This document shows positions 12,037 through 26,271 of a DNA stretch of 64,000 bases, in pieces (the stretch's first letter is position 1; each line of letters opens with the position of its first letter). The position numbers were made by a program, and so were the translations under genes. The notes under the pieces were generated by a model. That model was not told the DNA's origin, made no database searches, and saw nothing but the letters and a program-made list of their open reading frames with translations. Source of the stretch: Octopus sinensis (Eukaryota); contig NC_042999.1 in the NCBI RefSeq assembly GCF_006345805.1, forward strand, positions 17,112,001 through 17,176,000, written 5' to 3'.

Positions 12037-12990
12037 TGTTTTGAACGAAATTTACTGATTCAGAATATTTAGTGTCAGGAGACCAATTGAATTAATGAAA
12101 GCTGGGTTCTGCTGATGAAACATTAAATCTCTAATTTAAAACTATTCATTCTACAGTTATCTCTACTTTGTTTTCACTCTTGCTTGGATACTTGTTATCC
12201 ATGATGTTTTATTCAAGAATTTCTGTGCATACAATCATACGTATACACACACGTACACACTGACACACACACACACGTACACACTGACACACACACACAC
12301 TACGCACATGCTCATATATAATATATATATACATAATATAACATATACATATAGATATATACATATATATATACACACACATATATATATATATACATAT
12401 TAATATATATATATATATATTATATATATATATATATATGTGTATATATATATGCAACTGCTACAAAGAGACATATCTCAGCCTACGTATATAGAGAGAA
12501 ACATTATTAACAATTTTTTTATTTTTATATATAGGATGCATGTTTTAAATGCATTTATAATATACTATGTATATTTTGAATGATGCATGAGTGTGGTATG
12601 TAACGAAGACACACAAAAAAACAAGAAGAAACAAGAGACCCTTTCCACGATTTTTATGGAATTTTATATTCAAATATAGCTCTGCATAATAATTGCGAAA
12701 ATATATATTTTTTTTTTAGAAAAAATAGAAAAAGTATGAAGTTATCAACCTTTAAATATTTAAATGTTTTGTAAATTTAAGCTGATGAGAAAGTTCTACT
12801 ATTGGTATCTAGAAATAAATCGTTAATTTTTTCTTATCATTAATTTTTCCGAAAAGAAAAGCATGAAAGCTACCTCTATGTACAAAATGCCAAATGAATC
12901 AGGTTCAACGTCCAGTAAAAGTGCTCATGTAATAATTAATTACTTTGAAGTCCCTAATCAAATAAACATAGAGTAATGTATTGCATCAGT

Positions 12991-13290
12991 GGAGCCACAT
13001 GGCCTATTGGTTAGAGCATCGGACTCGCGGTCGAGGTATCGCGGGTTCGAATCTCAGACCGGGCGATGTGTGTCTTTATGAGCGAAACACCTAAGCTCCA
13101 CATGGCTCCGGCAGAAGGTAATGGCGAATTTCTGCTGACTCTTTCGCCACAACTCTCTCTCTCTCTTTCCTTCTGCATCTTGCAGCTCACCTGTGATGGA
13201 CCGGCGTCCCGTCCAGGTGGGGAACCTATACGCCAAGGAAACCGGGGAACCAGCCCTCATGAGCCAGGCATGTTTCGAGAAGGAACAAAC
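12991..13290 (+). mobile_element. tRNA-derived SINE (family A head, alternative tail)
   Basis: TGGCCTATTGGTTAG...GGTTCGAATC, body as in family A, 3' part as in the 6063 copy. Confidence 0.85.
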
Positions 13291-13522
13291 AACAATTTTC
13301 TTGACGAGACTTCTTGTCAAGTGAGCTACTTAGCTAAGAAAATGCGTTCATACAATGATCAGAGATTCTGGAATTGTCTCTAGATTCCATACCCTGCTAG
13401 AACTCTTTGCCTTCGAAGCCTCCATCAAACCCTGCAATAATCTATAACTTAATGCGTACACATCGAGGAAACAATTTGAAGGAAAGAAGTTCCAAGGTTG
13501 TCTGTCGATCTGTCCGAAATAA

Positions 13523-13756
13523 CTTTTAGTCTTTTACATGTTTCAGTCATTTGACTGCGGCCATGCTGGAGCGCTGACTCTAGTCGAGCAAATCGAACCC
13601 AGTACTTATTATTTGTAAGCCAAGTACTTATTCTATCGATCTCTTTTGTCGAACTGCTAAGTTACGGGGACGAAAACACACCGGCATCGGTTGTCAAGCG
13701 ATGTTGGGGAGACAAGCACAGACACGCAAACATACACACACACACGGACGCACGCA

Positions 13757-13787
<31 letters not shown>

Positions 13788-13996
13788 CACACACACACAC
13801 ACTTATATACATATATATATATACACGTATATACGACGGGTTTCTGTGAGTTTCCGTCTACCAAACCCACTCATAAGGTTTTGGTCGGCCCGAGGCTATA
13901 GTAGAAGACATTTGCCCAAGTTGCCACGCAGTGGGAAAGAACCCAGAACCATGTGATTGGTAAGCAAGCTACTTACCACACAGCCACTCCTACACC
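13523..13996 (-). mobile_element. SINE family C with internal microsatellite
   Basis: Reverse complement of 46950-47422. Confidence 0.9.
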
Positions 13997-15650
13997 TACT
14001 ACATTTAAATCTTTATTGATCGATACTCGATTATTTTGAAAAAAGAAAAGACATTCACTAATCAAGTTTTAAACGCTTAGAAAAAGACAAAATGATTATG
14101 TCGGGATACTTCACATGTCTGCTTAATCAGAATAACCTTTTAGCTTAAACTATAACCACAACAATTTGCCACAAACAAACTGTGTCGTAACTGTTTCATT
14201 AAATCAATAGACGTTAATTATACGTTTTGTCAAATATATCTACTTATTATGCGTATATAATTATGCCTGTTGGGTGTCTACATCGAATTAAATGATAAAT
14301 GTATAGGTTTATTATATCTGAACAGCTTTTAAAGTTTAAATTTAGTTTAACTTCAAATTATAAACCCAGGAAAGCTAACTACGTTTGCTCAGACATAAAA
14401 GAATATAAAAATCTGTGTTGACGCCATGTACGCTATAGAATTTTGTAGGATGAGAAAATTATAGCATTAAATTTTATAGATTTGCACATGAATTTAACTC
14501 GCTTTGCTATTACATTTTATACGTTTCAATTGTAACTGAATACATTTTGGAAAATGTCTCTGAATGCTCACAGAAGAGCAAAATTGGAGATACATAAAAA
14601 TCTTTGACTGAGCTAAGAAACGGCAACGAACCAATAAATAGGCTTGGAATCCTAAACATAAAGAATGCTCGCCTTATGGTTTTCTCTAATTTTATAACCT
14701 CTGTGAAATGCTGGATATTAGAAAATTAATTTATTGTCTGACACAAACTTAATCTGAATAGTACGATTACAATTGATCATGACCCCAATCTGAATGTTGC
14801 AATATTGTTTAAATCAATAATAATTATCCTATACAGAAATATAGAAAATTCGAGAGGGAGAGAGAATGTAACAGAGAAAATAGACGAGAGATATTTGTAG
14901 AAAGAGATAAATGCATAACGAATGAGTTAAACGGAGGAAAAGAGAGAAAACCTGTTACTGTGTATATATGGTATGTATATAACTGTTGCGTGTCTGTATG
15001 TGAACGTATGTGAATGTGTGTGATATAAAGGAGGAAAATTAGACGAATGATCAGCAGTTTCACAAATGAAATCGAAGAACAACTGTCAATAAACACGGAG
15101 GAATTTATGCATTTTTATTTTGAAAGAATTTATACAACCAAGTCAACATGAAATTTGAACAGGATTTCTGGCGTGCTTTGTGTAAGCGATGTAATTGCGG
15201 CAATTATATTAGAGCGCATCGCAAATAGATTTAATATCATGACTACATGGAGAACGAAAGTTTATATTGGACAGCGAAGATTATAATTAAATTTGCTGAC
15301 ATAAATTTCTGTTATGTTTAGAGTCTAAATTCGTGGAACCTTTGGCTGGCAATTATTATACAAAAGGAAAAAAACAAAACAAACAAAACAAATAAGGAAT
15401 AAAAATGACAAAGAATTTGCATGTAACTTCGACTAATTATCCATATAGAAACTTACACACCGAAATGCATACATGTATTACGCATATCATATACGTTAAA
15501 TGATATATATTTCCCTCTCTCGCTCTTTCTTTCTCTCTCAATCTGTATCTCTCTCCCTCTGTCTCTCACTCTCTGTATCTCTGTGTCTATCTATCTGTCT
15601 CTGTCTCTCTTTCTATTATGCAGCATGTATGTATATCCTGGCAACATAAA

Positions 15651-15728
<78 letters not shown>

Positions 15729-17259
15729 ATATGCATATGTATATATATATATGCATATGTATTTATATATAATATACATATGTAATATATATGTATATGT
15801 ATATATATACATATATATGGCGCGATACGATTATACTTCATATAAAGCTATTTATCAATGTGTCATTTATGGAAACCGGATTAATGTTGTTGAAATAGTG
15901 GAATGCTCCGTCAGAATCTTCATTTAATATGCAGCTGCTACCAATTACATTCGAATCCTGAATTAATTGAACAAGCTTTTAGTAAACTTCTTCAATCTCC
16001 GTACCAGTTCACTATTTGTTGCATTTCTCTTGTGAGAATTGAATCCTTAGATAATTTCTATCAATATGACTGTATTGATGTTATTAAATGGAGCAATCAT
16101 GACAGATTCGTCGGAAACTATAAAACTACTCACCCATCCATTTCTTCCCATAAATTCCCTTCTTTCTATTTCCCCTTCTTTTCCATTCTTCTCCCTAAAT
16201 CTTCACGTTTCTCTCTTCTTCTATCTAAAGCCACCCATTTCTGTTTCTTCTTTCTGAATGCACCTTATTTCCAAATTTCCGAACATAAGCTACTTCGTCT
16301 CCTCTTCTCTCCTCTCCTTTCACTCAAATTAGCTTCTTCGTTTTCGTATGCAACTTCAGTAGATCATTGCTGTCTTTTGCATGATCGTATGTTTAATTGC
16401 AAATTTAGTTTGTCAAAGAACCGCTTACATACAAGGACAATAATTTGACATCAAAGAAAGATCATTTAAACCAACATGTATAGTAATGTATTAAGAAGCA
16501 CTTAAAGCAATCATATTCCGAGATAAATTGAAATATCTAAGCAAGTGGAGGTAACTCTATCCGTCGCACGCTATAAACTTCCCTCTGTTATCGTTTAATG
16601 TCAGTAAATTTCAGTTTATTTAAAATTACCATATGTATTAGTTGTGGCCATAAAAATTGTAAATGAGCGACCATTTCTCTAAATGTACATGACATTTAAA
16701 AGATGTTCACACTGGCAATGTACAATCAAAAGTGTATAAATTTATATACGGATTCAACATAATGGAGAGAAACTCTCGCGAACAAGACGACCCGTGTTCG
16801 AAAAACACTGCAATCTAAGAGAAGAATATTTTACCATAACTTCGGGAAAATCCAAGCAGTGTCATTGTCATTTGACAAAAAACAATCGGTGTAGAAAAGT
16901 CGCATTGATTTTAATTTGGCACAGAAGTTTATTTTAAGGTAGTTTTATTTGTTTAGACTGTAATTAAAGGAACAGGCAGTTCGAGTGCTCGAACTGTGAA
17001 TGTGCATCGTCAAGTCGGCCGAGATGAAACGTAATACGTCTATCATGTGGCTTTCTATTACTCTACCCATGTTAAGTAAGATATACAGATTTCAATTCGG
17101 TACAAGTTCTGCTTCCGTTGCTAATAACCATTTAATTCTTACCCAACCTGTCGTGAGTTATGTGCGACATCAATGAGTGATTAACCACTGTTTTTCGATG
17201 TATCTGTTGAGTCGAAAATTTTCTAAGCATGCGTCTGAGAATGTAGACATATACACACA

Positions 17260-17355
<96 letters not shown>

Positions 17356-19398
17356 AATATATGAGGGAGTGAAAGAGAGAGAGTAACGGTCCATCACATT
17401 AATATTTACTCTGAAATCAGCATGAGGGTGCCACGCAGGTCATAGGATCTCTGATGCAACTTGTCCTGTTTGTCAGGTACGAAGGCAGTTTGTGAAAATG
17501 ATCAATATCCTTATATCGAGTTCGTTGATCTGACAAAGACAGGAAGCCAAAATGCTGGGAATACATGACATGCAAAATGTTGTTATCTCCTCTCACGATA
17601 GGATGAGGTTACTACGGAGAGCTCGAGGTTCATTCACCGTTACTAACATTACCAGGCAGCTTTGTACCCTGGGTACTGGTGCCTTGCACTGATATTTTTT
17701 GCCCTCGATAAAGCACAAGTACGCCTATGGAAACATTGAAATGGCGTCCAATTGAAATTTTGCAGAGATGGTTGTGTTTTTAATCAATGTGATTTGTTTC
17801 AATTACCGTCCATATTGAGACGCGACTTAATACACGGAGACAATATCCTTCTCTTTAATCTCCCGTGTCTTACTGGTGTAGATTAAATATAATTGATGTC
17901 ATTTTTTTCTTTTTAACCGTTAGTTTTGTTCGTTTTGCTGGTGTAGTGTGATTCGACTTTGTCAAAGACTATTTCAAGCGAGGATAGACCGGAAACTCTT
18001 CTACTGATGTTATTTGTAATATTTTTAGTGAAAGACGGTGAACGATTTCAGCCTCTCCTAATGTAGGTAATTATTTCGTTGGGTTTATGAAAGAGGCGGT
18101 ATTTCACTCTCCTAAGATTCTAGGTAATTGAATTTTTTGAAGTTGGGGTTAATTATGAATTTCACGTTTAACTATGTGAATGTCTTAATTAGCTTTTCTT
18201 CTCATATTTCCCATGTCGAATCTGTTCTTGTTTCATTCCGCCTTTTATTCTTCATCCTTGTATATATTAGTCACCGTTACTCTGTCGCTTAGGATTAAAC
18301 ATTAAATGTATGTGTGATTGATTTGTAATCATAGCTCAACTACGCAACCTCAAAAGGTTATTCACCTTTCTATTTCAAGTTATGGAATTATCATGAAACA
18401 GCAAAAAAATTATTCCATTCATGGTTATATTAATTTCGGAATCGGTGGTCCTAAAACAGGTAGTTTTTTATGATTGAAAGATAAAACACAAAATATTTAA
18501 ACTGTTTGTCCTTATATTTATCATTGATATTCTTAAATCATTCAATTGTGACACTACCTCTTATCCACTGAGTGATGTTTGAGGCTGCTCAAATAACAGA
18601 ATTTGATAGTATTGCCTATCACGTTTTTAGTTAGACTGACAAACCTAGGGCTGGGATTACAGTCGCCATGGTTTGAACCATAGAACTCCATCATTGATAT
18701 TTCGCTCCGTGGTTTGGGATTTGTTTCATCATAAATGTTGTCAGGTTCCTTCTGGCTAGTTTTGTCATGTAATTTAATAATGTTTTCTATTAACAATCTT
18801 TGTGCGTCATGAGCTTTGTGCAGCATACAGATTATGACATGAATATAAATTCAATATATACTAATACTTCTTGAGAGAAACATATACATACCAACAAAGT
18901 AAAACAAGCTTAAGCGCGATCTTAGAAAACCCCGTCCTTTTGGCGCTCGTTTAATGCGCACGCAACCTTTTGCATCCTACATAGTATAAAGTACCAACGG
19001 CTATGAATTCACTTTAATGAAGCAATATTCCATCCACTTTGCAATTGTACAAACTAATGATTATTAAGTAACACCATATAAACAATAAGCACTTTGGCAA
19101 CAGTGGAGTCTACCCACAGCAAAATGCTGCTGCAGCATTCATAAAATAGAAGACGCAAAATTATGGATCTTCATGCACGCACAAGAGAGATTGTATTAAA
19201 AGAGCAATGAAATAGATTCGCTGCACACACACACATGCATGGGGCCACACGCACGTGCATGCAAACATGCACTGTATGCGCATATGTAGATGCATTTGCA
19301 TACGCACATACGTGCATATTTGTATGTATGTGTATATGTATATATGTTTGTATATATATATGTGTGTATATATATATATATATGTGTGTATATATATA

Positions 19399-19440
<42 letters not shown>

Positions 19441-19908
19441 TATATAATATAGTATATATATATATACATATATATAGCTAGATAGAGAGAAAGACAGTTT
19501 GACAAACGGATGCACGCATACACACACACATCTATCAATGCGAAGCTAACACCTTTGGTTTTCATTGATACACTGGATATAATCGGGAAACTTGGGATTC
19601 TGACATTGATTTAGCATATATATGTATATATATATATATATATATATGCTTGTGTATGTGTGTGTGTGTGTGCGTGTGTGTGTGTATTGCCATGAATTGG
19701 TCATTCATTCACACTCAACAACCAAGCACTCCCTCACTGACAAACGTGTTATAGGTATTTTCATTCAATTGCTGCAATAAAATGAACCCCCATAATATAT
19801 CCCCCTCCACATATGCACAGTATTCGATCAGTATACTTAGATACCCACGTACCCATAGACTTATCCATGGCCATGTATGTATGCATTTCATTACGAGCAC
19901 TAAGATGA

Positions 19909-20128
19909 TACGAGGTGGGAGCTGAGATCTTGCTGGCTTCGGGTAAAAGAAAATGCAGGAGGATCTGTTAATTAGGATCTTATTCAACCTACTCCCTTCT
20001 CAGATTCCTTCAGTTATTTCAGCGGTTCTTCAATTTTTCTAGCGTTGTAAAAAAACTCGCAAGTTTTGGCCACCAACCTGGCCTTTCTTGATATACTAAA
20101 AGCCAAAAACTTTTCAGCGCCCTTCGTA
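19909..20128. mobile_element. Mariner-derived MITE
   Basis: TA-flanked imperfect TIRs TACGAGGTGGGAGCTGAGATCTTGCTGGCTT / AAGCCAAAAACTTTTCAGCGCCCTTCGTA. Confidence 0.65.
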
Positions 20129-20747
20129 CATAAGCAATTATGAATTGCTTAATTATATATCTGCATATAAAATTTGTTAATAATCAAACATCTCAATGTT
20201 TGCAAATATATCTGCTTTCCTTCAAGTGTCAAATTCATATGTGTTCGTTTTTTGTTACGGTGTATAAATCTTTTTGTTTTACGTTTTGACGTGTATGAGA
20301 AAAATGCTGAGTTGAAAAAAACTGCAATTTGAAAGAAAGCTAGATACTAAACAAAAAATAATCCTTTATCACGAATATGCTCGTGAAATATCTCTATGTA
20401 TCATATTCATTAAGTACTTGTATGGCTTTGTGTATCACTATTTGGCTGGGAGCAATTTTCTAATATATTTGCATATACTGAAAAATTTAAACTGACATTT
20501 AAATAGTAATCTATTATGTTTATCTAAAAATATACCAACACAATATTTACATTCGTAAACAGTATTTTAAGTAGGGATCATGTACTTCAATAAAATATAT
20601 CATCATCATTCAGTGAATGATTAAGAACAAATCATTCTACATGAAAATGTATTCCGTTTATTTTACTGTTTCTTGCAAATACGTAAGATATATTTTTTTT
20701 ATTATAGTGGAGAAGCTGCACCTGATTTGGTTACTAATTATATCAAA

Positions 20748-21145
20748 CTAGCAGTATCGCCCGGCGTTGCTCGTGTTTGTAAGGGAAATAACTATATAAG
20801 CATTTTTAGAGATGTAAAGTATAATAGTCATCTCAATATGGCTAACCACAAAGTGGGGTGTTACTGTAGCTTTTTACGTTCTGAGATTTAATAATAAACT
20901 TTTAGAGAGTTACTTCCCGTATATATATATGCCAAAAATGCATTAAAAATGGGAAAAATTGAGGTAATTTTTTTTTTAAATCGTAGACTCATCGTAGACG
21001 CGCGCCAATACCCAGAAGGGATCGATATTAATCACGACTATAAGATACCCGGTTTTGGTTAAACTGCACCGCAAAATGTGGGAGTAGTTAGGAATCTAAA
21101 TCGTAGGAGACAGACAGCACACAACCTCTCTTTTATATATAAAGA
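20748..21145 (-). mobile_element. Non-autonomous Helitron
   Basis: A|TC...CTAG|T on the minus strand, subterminal GC-rich motif; highly similar to 48725-49121. Confidence 0.85.
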
Positions 21146-21267
21146 TAAGCTGACAGTAGCAACTGGGTGTAGTGTGTTATCGGGACAGTGTACGGCAGTG
21201 AAGTATGTTTAATAAGCTGTTTAAAATATAACCTGAAATGTGTTTTATTGCTAAAGTGATGTTTCAA

Positions 21268-21772
21268 GGATTCATGAGGGTAGTCGATCATGGCTTATGA
21301 GGCTAGTCGATCAGCGAAGGCCGGAGGTGTTCGACAATGAATGTCTCCGCCACATTTGTGCTGCCGACGCATTGATCGGGTTCCTACAGCCGGTCTTCGT
21401 CATCGCCTGAATCTCCGGCCCCTCCCTTCGGTGCTTCTACCACGACGCTTAAGGTGGTTCGGTCATGCGGCCCGGCGTCCGGAGGGTAAGCTGATTCGCG
21501 ATGTCCTCCACCCATCTCCGCTTCCCAACTGGCGTAAACGCACGGGCGGGCAGCTGAAGACCTGGGCAACGACAATAAAGGAGGACCTCTCCGATCTCCC
21601 AGGTCCACAGTAGGCGCAGATGGAACAACAAATGGCTCGCTATCTCCAGTGCCCTCCCACGGGACCGTCGAACGTGGTCCGCCATGGTTCGTGATGCAGT
21701 TAGGACCAGTGAAGAAGCCGGCTAAACCTGCCATAGGTGAACGCCGTCACAAATAAAAGTACAAGTAAGTAA
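21268..21772 (+). mobile_element. 5'-truncated RTE-clade LINE
   Basis: DQRRPEVFDNECLRHI, then after a frameshift RRLRWFGHAARRP...GGQLKTW; AAGT-repeat tail; TSD GATGTTTCAA. Confidence 0.85.
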
Positions 21773-22429
21773 GATGTTTCAACCATGGAATTAAGTATCA
21801 AAACCATTGGTTTTACAAGTGCAGGCTAAGAAGCTTTCCTTGCAACGTCTTGATTTACTTTCCATCCTTTTGGGCTAGACAAAATAATGACCACCTCAGC
21901 AGTGGGTTAAATGTAATCAACTTGCTCCTTCCCCCTTAATTACTGGCATTGTACCAAAATTTCAAGTCAATATGAATGCATATGCTACACAAATATTGTA
22001 TGATAAGTGAAGGAAATAATGATATAAAAAGGAGAGAATAAATGTTCCACCAATTACATAATGTAATGTAATTCATCAAATAACTGTAATGGTCAGAAGT
22101 ACTGTCATTTAGTCTTTCGGGAGAAGAACATTCTACATAGAATATGACTACAAGGAGCAGCGCAGAAGAGACTATGAACGTGATGGATCGTTAGATTTTT
22201 AGTGGAAGACAAGAGGATGTTTATCGTAATACAAGAAGCGAAAATGGAGAAATGATGATACTGTACATCAATTGTATGTCTACTTTGAACAAGATTATAA
22301 AGAAGAAGATTCAGAGAATGCATGGAATATTTCTCATTCTTACTTTTGTTGTTTTATTTCCCTTTCAATACATGCTGGAATTATCCAGTGTATATATATA
22401 TATATAAATATCTTTATATATATATGTAT

Positions 22430-22479
<50 letters not shown>

Positions 22480-22724
22480 GTATATATATGCATATGTATG
22501 TATATATATATATATATTTATGCATGTATGTATAAATATGTATATGTATGCATATATATATATATATATGTATATATACTTATGTATATATGTATATATA
22601 TATGTACGTATATATATGCATATGTATGTATATATATATATGTACGTATATATATATTTACACACACACACGCACACATACACACACGCGCGCGAACACA
22701 CACACATACACACACATATATGTA

Positions 22725-22921
22725 TATGGTATGTGATGAGAGTTTCTGGAATGGTATCCCATTGAAACTCAAAAGAGAGTGAAATTTAAAAAAAAGAATT
22801 TTAATACTCCCATACGATCGTTTCGGATAGCAAAATGTAAATGACATTGTAGAATAACTAGAAATTAATTTAATTTAATTAATTTAATTACATATTAATT
22901 TAATTACTGTTCTACTAACTG
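22725..22921 (-). mobile_element. Truncated PLE-type insert in (TA)n with the 3' half of a hammerhead
   Basis: Minus strand CTATCC-GAAAC-GATC-GTA-TGGAG (22807-22829, palindromic ACGATCGT); the CUGANGA half is absent. Confidence 0.5.
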
Positions 22922-22934
22922 TATATATATATAG

Positions 22935-22966
<32 letters not shown>

Positions 22967-22985
22967 TATATATTATCTATGTGTG

Positions 22986-23018
<33 letters not shown>

Positions 23019-23754
23019 TATGTATATTTGCATATATGTTTGTGTGTATCTCTGCACGTAAAATGAAAAGGCAATTCTCCGTGTCAAAAAATAGTCTAAT
23101 TTGTAAGCAATAGTTTTCAACCAGTGGGATATATTGGCGGGAAGTCTAATTTATTCAGCGGCAAAGAGAATTCGATATCATTATGACTACCTCTTGGCAT
23201 TCTGTCAGAATGGATTCACTTAAGCGGAAAAACGATTATTTAATAATTCAAGAGGGCTCTGAAACTGCATAGCAAAAAGGCATTTGGTGGGAAAAGAAAA
23301 TTGTTATTATATGACCGTGTCATTAGCTGAAGTTTCAGCCCTCTCGATAGTTTCCGCTCCGTCTATTGTTTGCAGGATAAAGAGACTGACAAAAGAACGG
23401 ACCTGTCATGTGCTTGCCAAATAAAATAAACAACCGTTTGTTGAAGTTGATGAATTTTTGAAGACTTTGGCCGGGTTACTAGAACCTACGTTATTATTTA
23501 CAAGTTTCCATTATTCGGCTTATTATATAGATTTATTTAATTTGTGCCTACACCGAGCCAGGCAAGAAATTAACTCTTTTCAAATCAGTAGATAGAGCTA
23601 TTTAAGGTCGAAACTATTGGTTTAAAAGACAAGTTATGGACATTTTTGAAACCGATAATTACATCATAAATATTTCCCTATTTCAGGTCAGTTTTTCAAC
23701 TGCCTTCAACAAAATATATTATATATACACCCACATACAATTACACATATGCAC

Positions 23755-23755
<1 letters not shown>

Positions 23756-23838
<83 letters not shown>

Positions 23839-23860
23839 ATATCTATCTATCTATCTATCT
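23756..23860. repeat. (TCTA)n microsatellite
   Basis: Read directly; similar tracts at 2244-2322 and 62334-62520. Confidence 0.95.
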
Positions 23861-24070
23861 ACCTATATATATATATATATATATATATATTTCTGTAACC
23901 GTATATATTACAAACATATATACAGACATATATACATACATACATAACTACACACCACCACCACACACACACACAATACATCACACACACACCACATATA
24001 TATATATATAATATATATAATATATATATATATATATAATATATATATATGTCTATATATATATATATAT

Positions 24071-24325
24071 AAACCTGTAATATAATATGCGACAATTATT
24101 CTGTTGCCATAATAAACTCTGGGTTCTGATATCTCGGCGGAAAGCCGCTCCAGCATCTCGATAATTGAAGAGATGCCGGAGCAGATTTCCGACCCGACAT
24201 CCGAAACTCGGAGTCCTATTATGGCAACCGAATATTGTCACATATTATATTACAGATAAATTCCTCTATTTAGATAATATCGTGGTCTTTTCATTCTTTT
24301 GTTGTTTTATCATTTCTATCAATAT
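24071..24325 (+). mobile_element. Penelope-like fold-back element with hammerhead motif; same family as 26270-26452
   Basis: Imperfect palindrome 24075-24255 with apex near 24165; TTGAAGA-GATG...CATCC-GAAAC-TCGGA-GTC at about 24161-24222; unique tail; (TA)n flanks. Confidence 0.75.
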
Positions 24326-24349
24326 ATACATACATATATATATTATATA

Positions 24350-24424
<75 letters not shown>

Positions 24425-24519
24425 ATATGTATAAGGGTGGAAAGGAACACACGAGTTGATATATATGAAAAAACAAGTCAAAAATAGAAAATGCTAAGAT
24501 GATTTTATGGTGAATCTTT

Positions 24520-24557
24520 CAGTACCGGTTTCGGTCATTTTCAGACCTTTTCAACTG
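24520..24557 (-). ncRNA. Minimal type I hammerhead motif with U3-A8 core (sense copy)
   Basis: CAG-TTGAAAA-GGTC-TGAAAAT-GACC-GAAAC-CG-GTA-CTG. Confidence 0.75.
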
Positions 24558-25037
24558 TAACGATTAAATAATTAAATTTAGAAAGATTTAGAAAAATTAG
24601 AAGAAAGGTTTTTTTAAAGGAATACTTTCATAGTAGTGTTCAGATATAGGTGGCATTCTGCCTTTCTCTGACTCCCTTGTTTGCACTTGTGTATTCGAGG
24701 TCGTTGTGAGTTCTTGAGGGGGTGGGAGTGGGAAAATCTGGGCTGGTCAGTGGCGACCGGCAGTCGCTGCGTAGGCGTTATACTTAAAGACATTAGTGAC
24801 AAGGTTAAGGGGTAGAGGGTGGAGAAGTAGAAGAAGAAGAAGAAGATGACGGTGCCGATGATGATGACGATGAAGAAGAAGAAGGAGGAGAAGGAGAAGA
24901 TGACGATGATGATGGTGGTGATGACGATGACGACGATGTTGATGATAATGATGATGAAGAAGAAGGAGAGGAAGAAGAAGAAAAAAAACAGAGAAGGGAG
25001 AATATGAATGGGTGAAGATATAGCTGTGATGGGGCGA

Positions 25038-25853
25038 TTAGTAATGGATTCTATGGAATGTAATATTTGTGTGTGTATATATATTTCTTTTATTCTTAAG
25101 TTGAGGTATATTATTGTTTGTCGTAGACCCGTTAAGAAGTGGCCTGTATTTTATAATAAAGAGATTTTCTTTACTTATTCGTTGTCTCGAGGTTGTATCG
25201 TCCCTAAATTGGTAGAGGGGGAAAATTCTGAAGTTTGGTGTTTTTTTATTGGCGCAAGTATCTATGTGTTGGCTAAAAGCTATTTTTCTGTTTTGGGGAA
25301 TTTTTATCTAGGATCTGTGCAGGGCCATTCGTTTACGCAAACCATTTTTTGTTTGGCCTATGTACTGCTCTTGACACCCGGAGCAGGTTAGTGAGTATAT
25401 TAGGTTCTCCAAAGCACATGTGAAGTTGCTTTTCACTGTAAACCGTTGTCCCTGTTTGAAGGAGAACTCAGAACCCTCGATTAGATAGTCGCATATCCCG
25501 CAATTGGGTCTTCCACATTTTTTTTACTGTCGGCTTCTGTGTTGAAGAGTGAATTCGGGCTTGTGTTAGGAGACTTTTCATGGATCTAGGCTGTCTTTTG
25601 CTTTTTATGATCGTGTGTGTTTGGAGGATTGTGTTCATTCTGTGGTCTTTTTTTATGAGGGGTATCTGGTGGAGGATGGTGCCGAAGGCTTCGTTATTTA
25701 GAGGGTTGTGTGTGGAGATGTATGGTAAGGCTTTTGGTTGTAAGTTTTTCTTTGATTTGGGATGTCTCAGTTCCTTGATGTTAAGTTGAAGGGCACGTTG
25801 AATGCACTTGTCAATAAGTGAAGGTGGATAGTTCCTGGTGATAAGGGTATCTT
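25038..25853 (-). pseudogene. PLE RT C-terminal linker plus GIY-YIG endonuclease (frameshift and premature stop)
   Basis: L..RNYPPSLI...LPYISTHNP, then after a frameshift in the T-run at about 25520: CGRPNCGIC...FTCALENLIYSLTCSGCQEQYIGQT...RKRMALHRS*...H...KENLFIIKYRPLLN. The Cys-rich linker is the Neptune-clade signature. Confidence 0.92.
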
Positions 25854-26091
25854 TAATGTCTTTAAGTATAACGCCTACGCAGCGATTGCCGGTCGCCACT
25901 GACCAGCCCAGATTTTCCCACTCCCACCCCCTCAAGAACTCACAACGACCTCGAATACACAAGTGCAAACAAGGGAGTCAGAGAAAGGCAGAATGCCACC
26001 TATATCTGAACACTACTATGAAAGTATTCCTTTAAAAAAACCTTTCTTCTAATTTTTCTAAATTTTTCTAAATTTAATTATTTAATCGTTA

Positions 26092-26129
26092 CAGTTGAAA
26101 AGGTCTCAAAATGACCGAAACCGGTACTG
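26092..26129 (+). ncRNA. Minimal type I hammerhead motif with U3-A8 core (inverted-arm copy)
   Basis: CAG-TTGAAAA-GGTC-TCAAAAT-GACC-GAAAC-CG-GTA-CTG. Confidence 0.75.
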
Positions 26130-26190
26130 AACGATTCACTATAAAATCATCTTAGCATTTTCTATTTTTGACTTGTTTTTTCATATATAT

Positions 26191-26269
<79 letters not shown>

Positions 26270-26271
<2 letters not shown>

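Larger units (their letters stand above)
24429..26190 (-). mobile_element. 5'-truncated Penelope-like retroelement (Neptune-type) with inverted pseudo-LTR
   Basis: About 337-bp near-identical inverted arms 24459-24795/25854-26190, 30-nt extra 3' tail 24429-24458, GIY-YIG pseudogene inside, hammerhead motif in each arm, inserted in (TA)n. Confidence 0.92.

Noticed and set aside
15903-16448. 181-aa ORF
   Set aside because: Low-complexity F/S/L composition from a pyrimidine-rich strand; no recognisable domain.
17420-17800. Faint reverse-transcriptase-like words (FVDLTK)
   Set aside because: Too degraded to delimit; at most an old RTE relic.
18554-18826. 90-aa non-repetitive ORF, possible host exon
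   Set aside because: No recognisable homology or convincing splice acceptor; would need BLASTX or RNA-seq.
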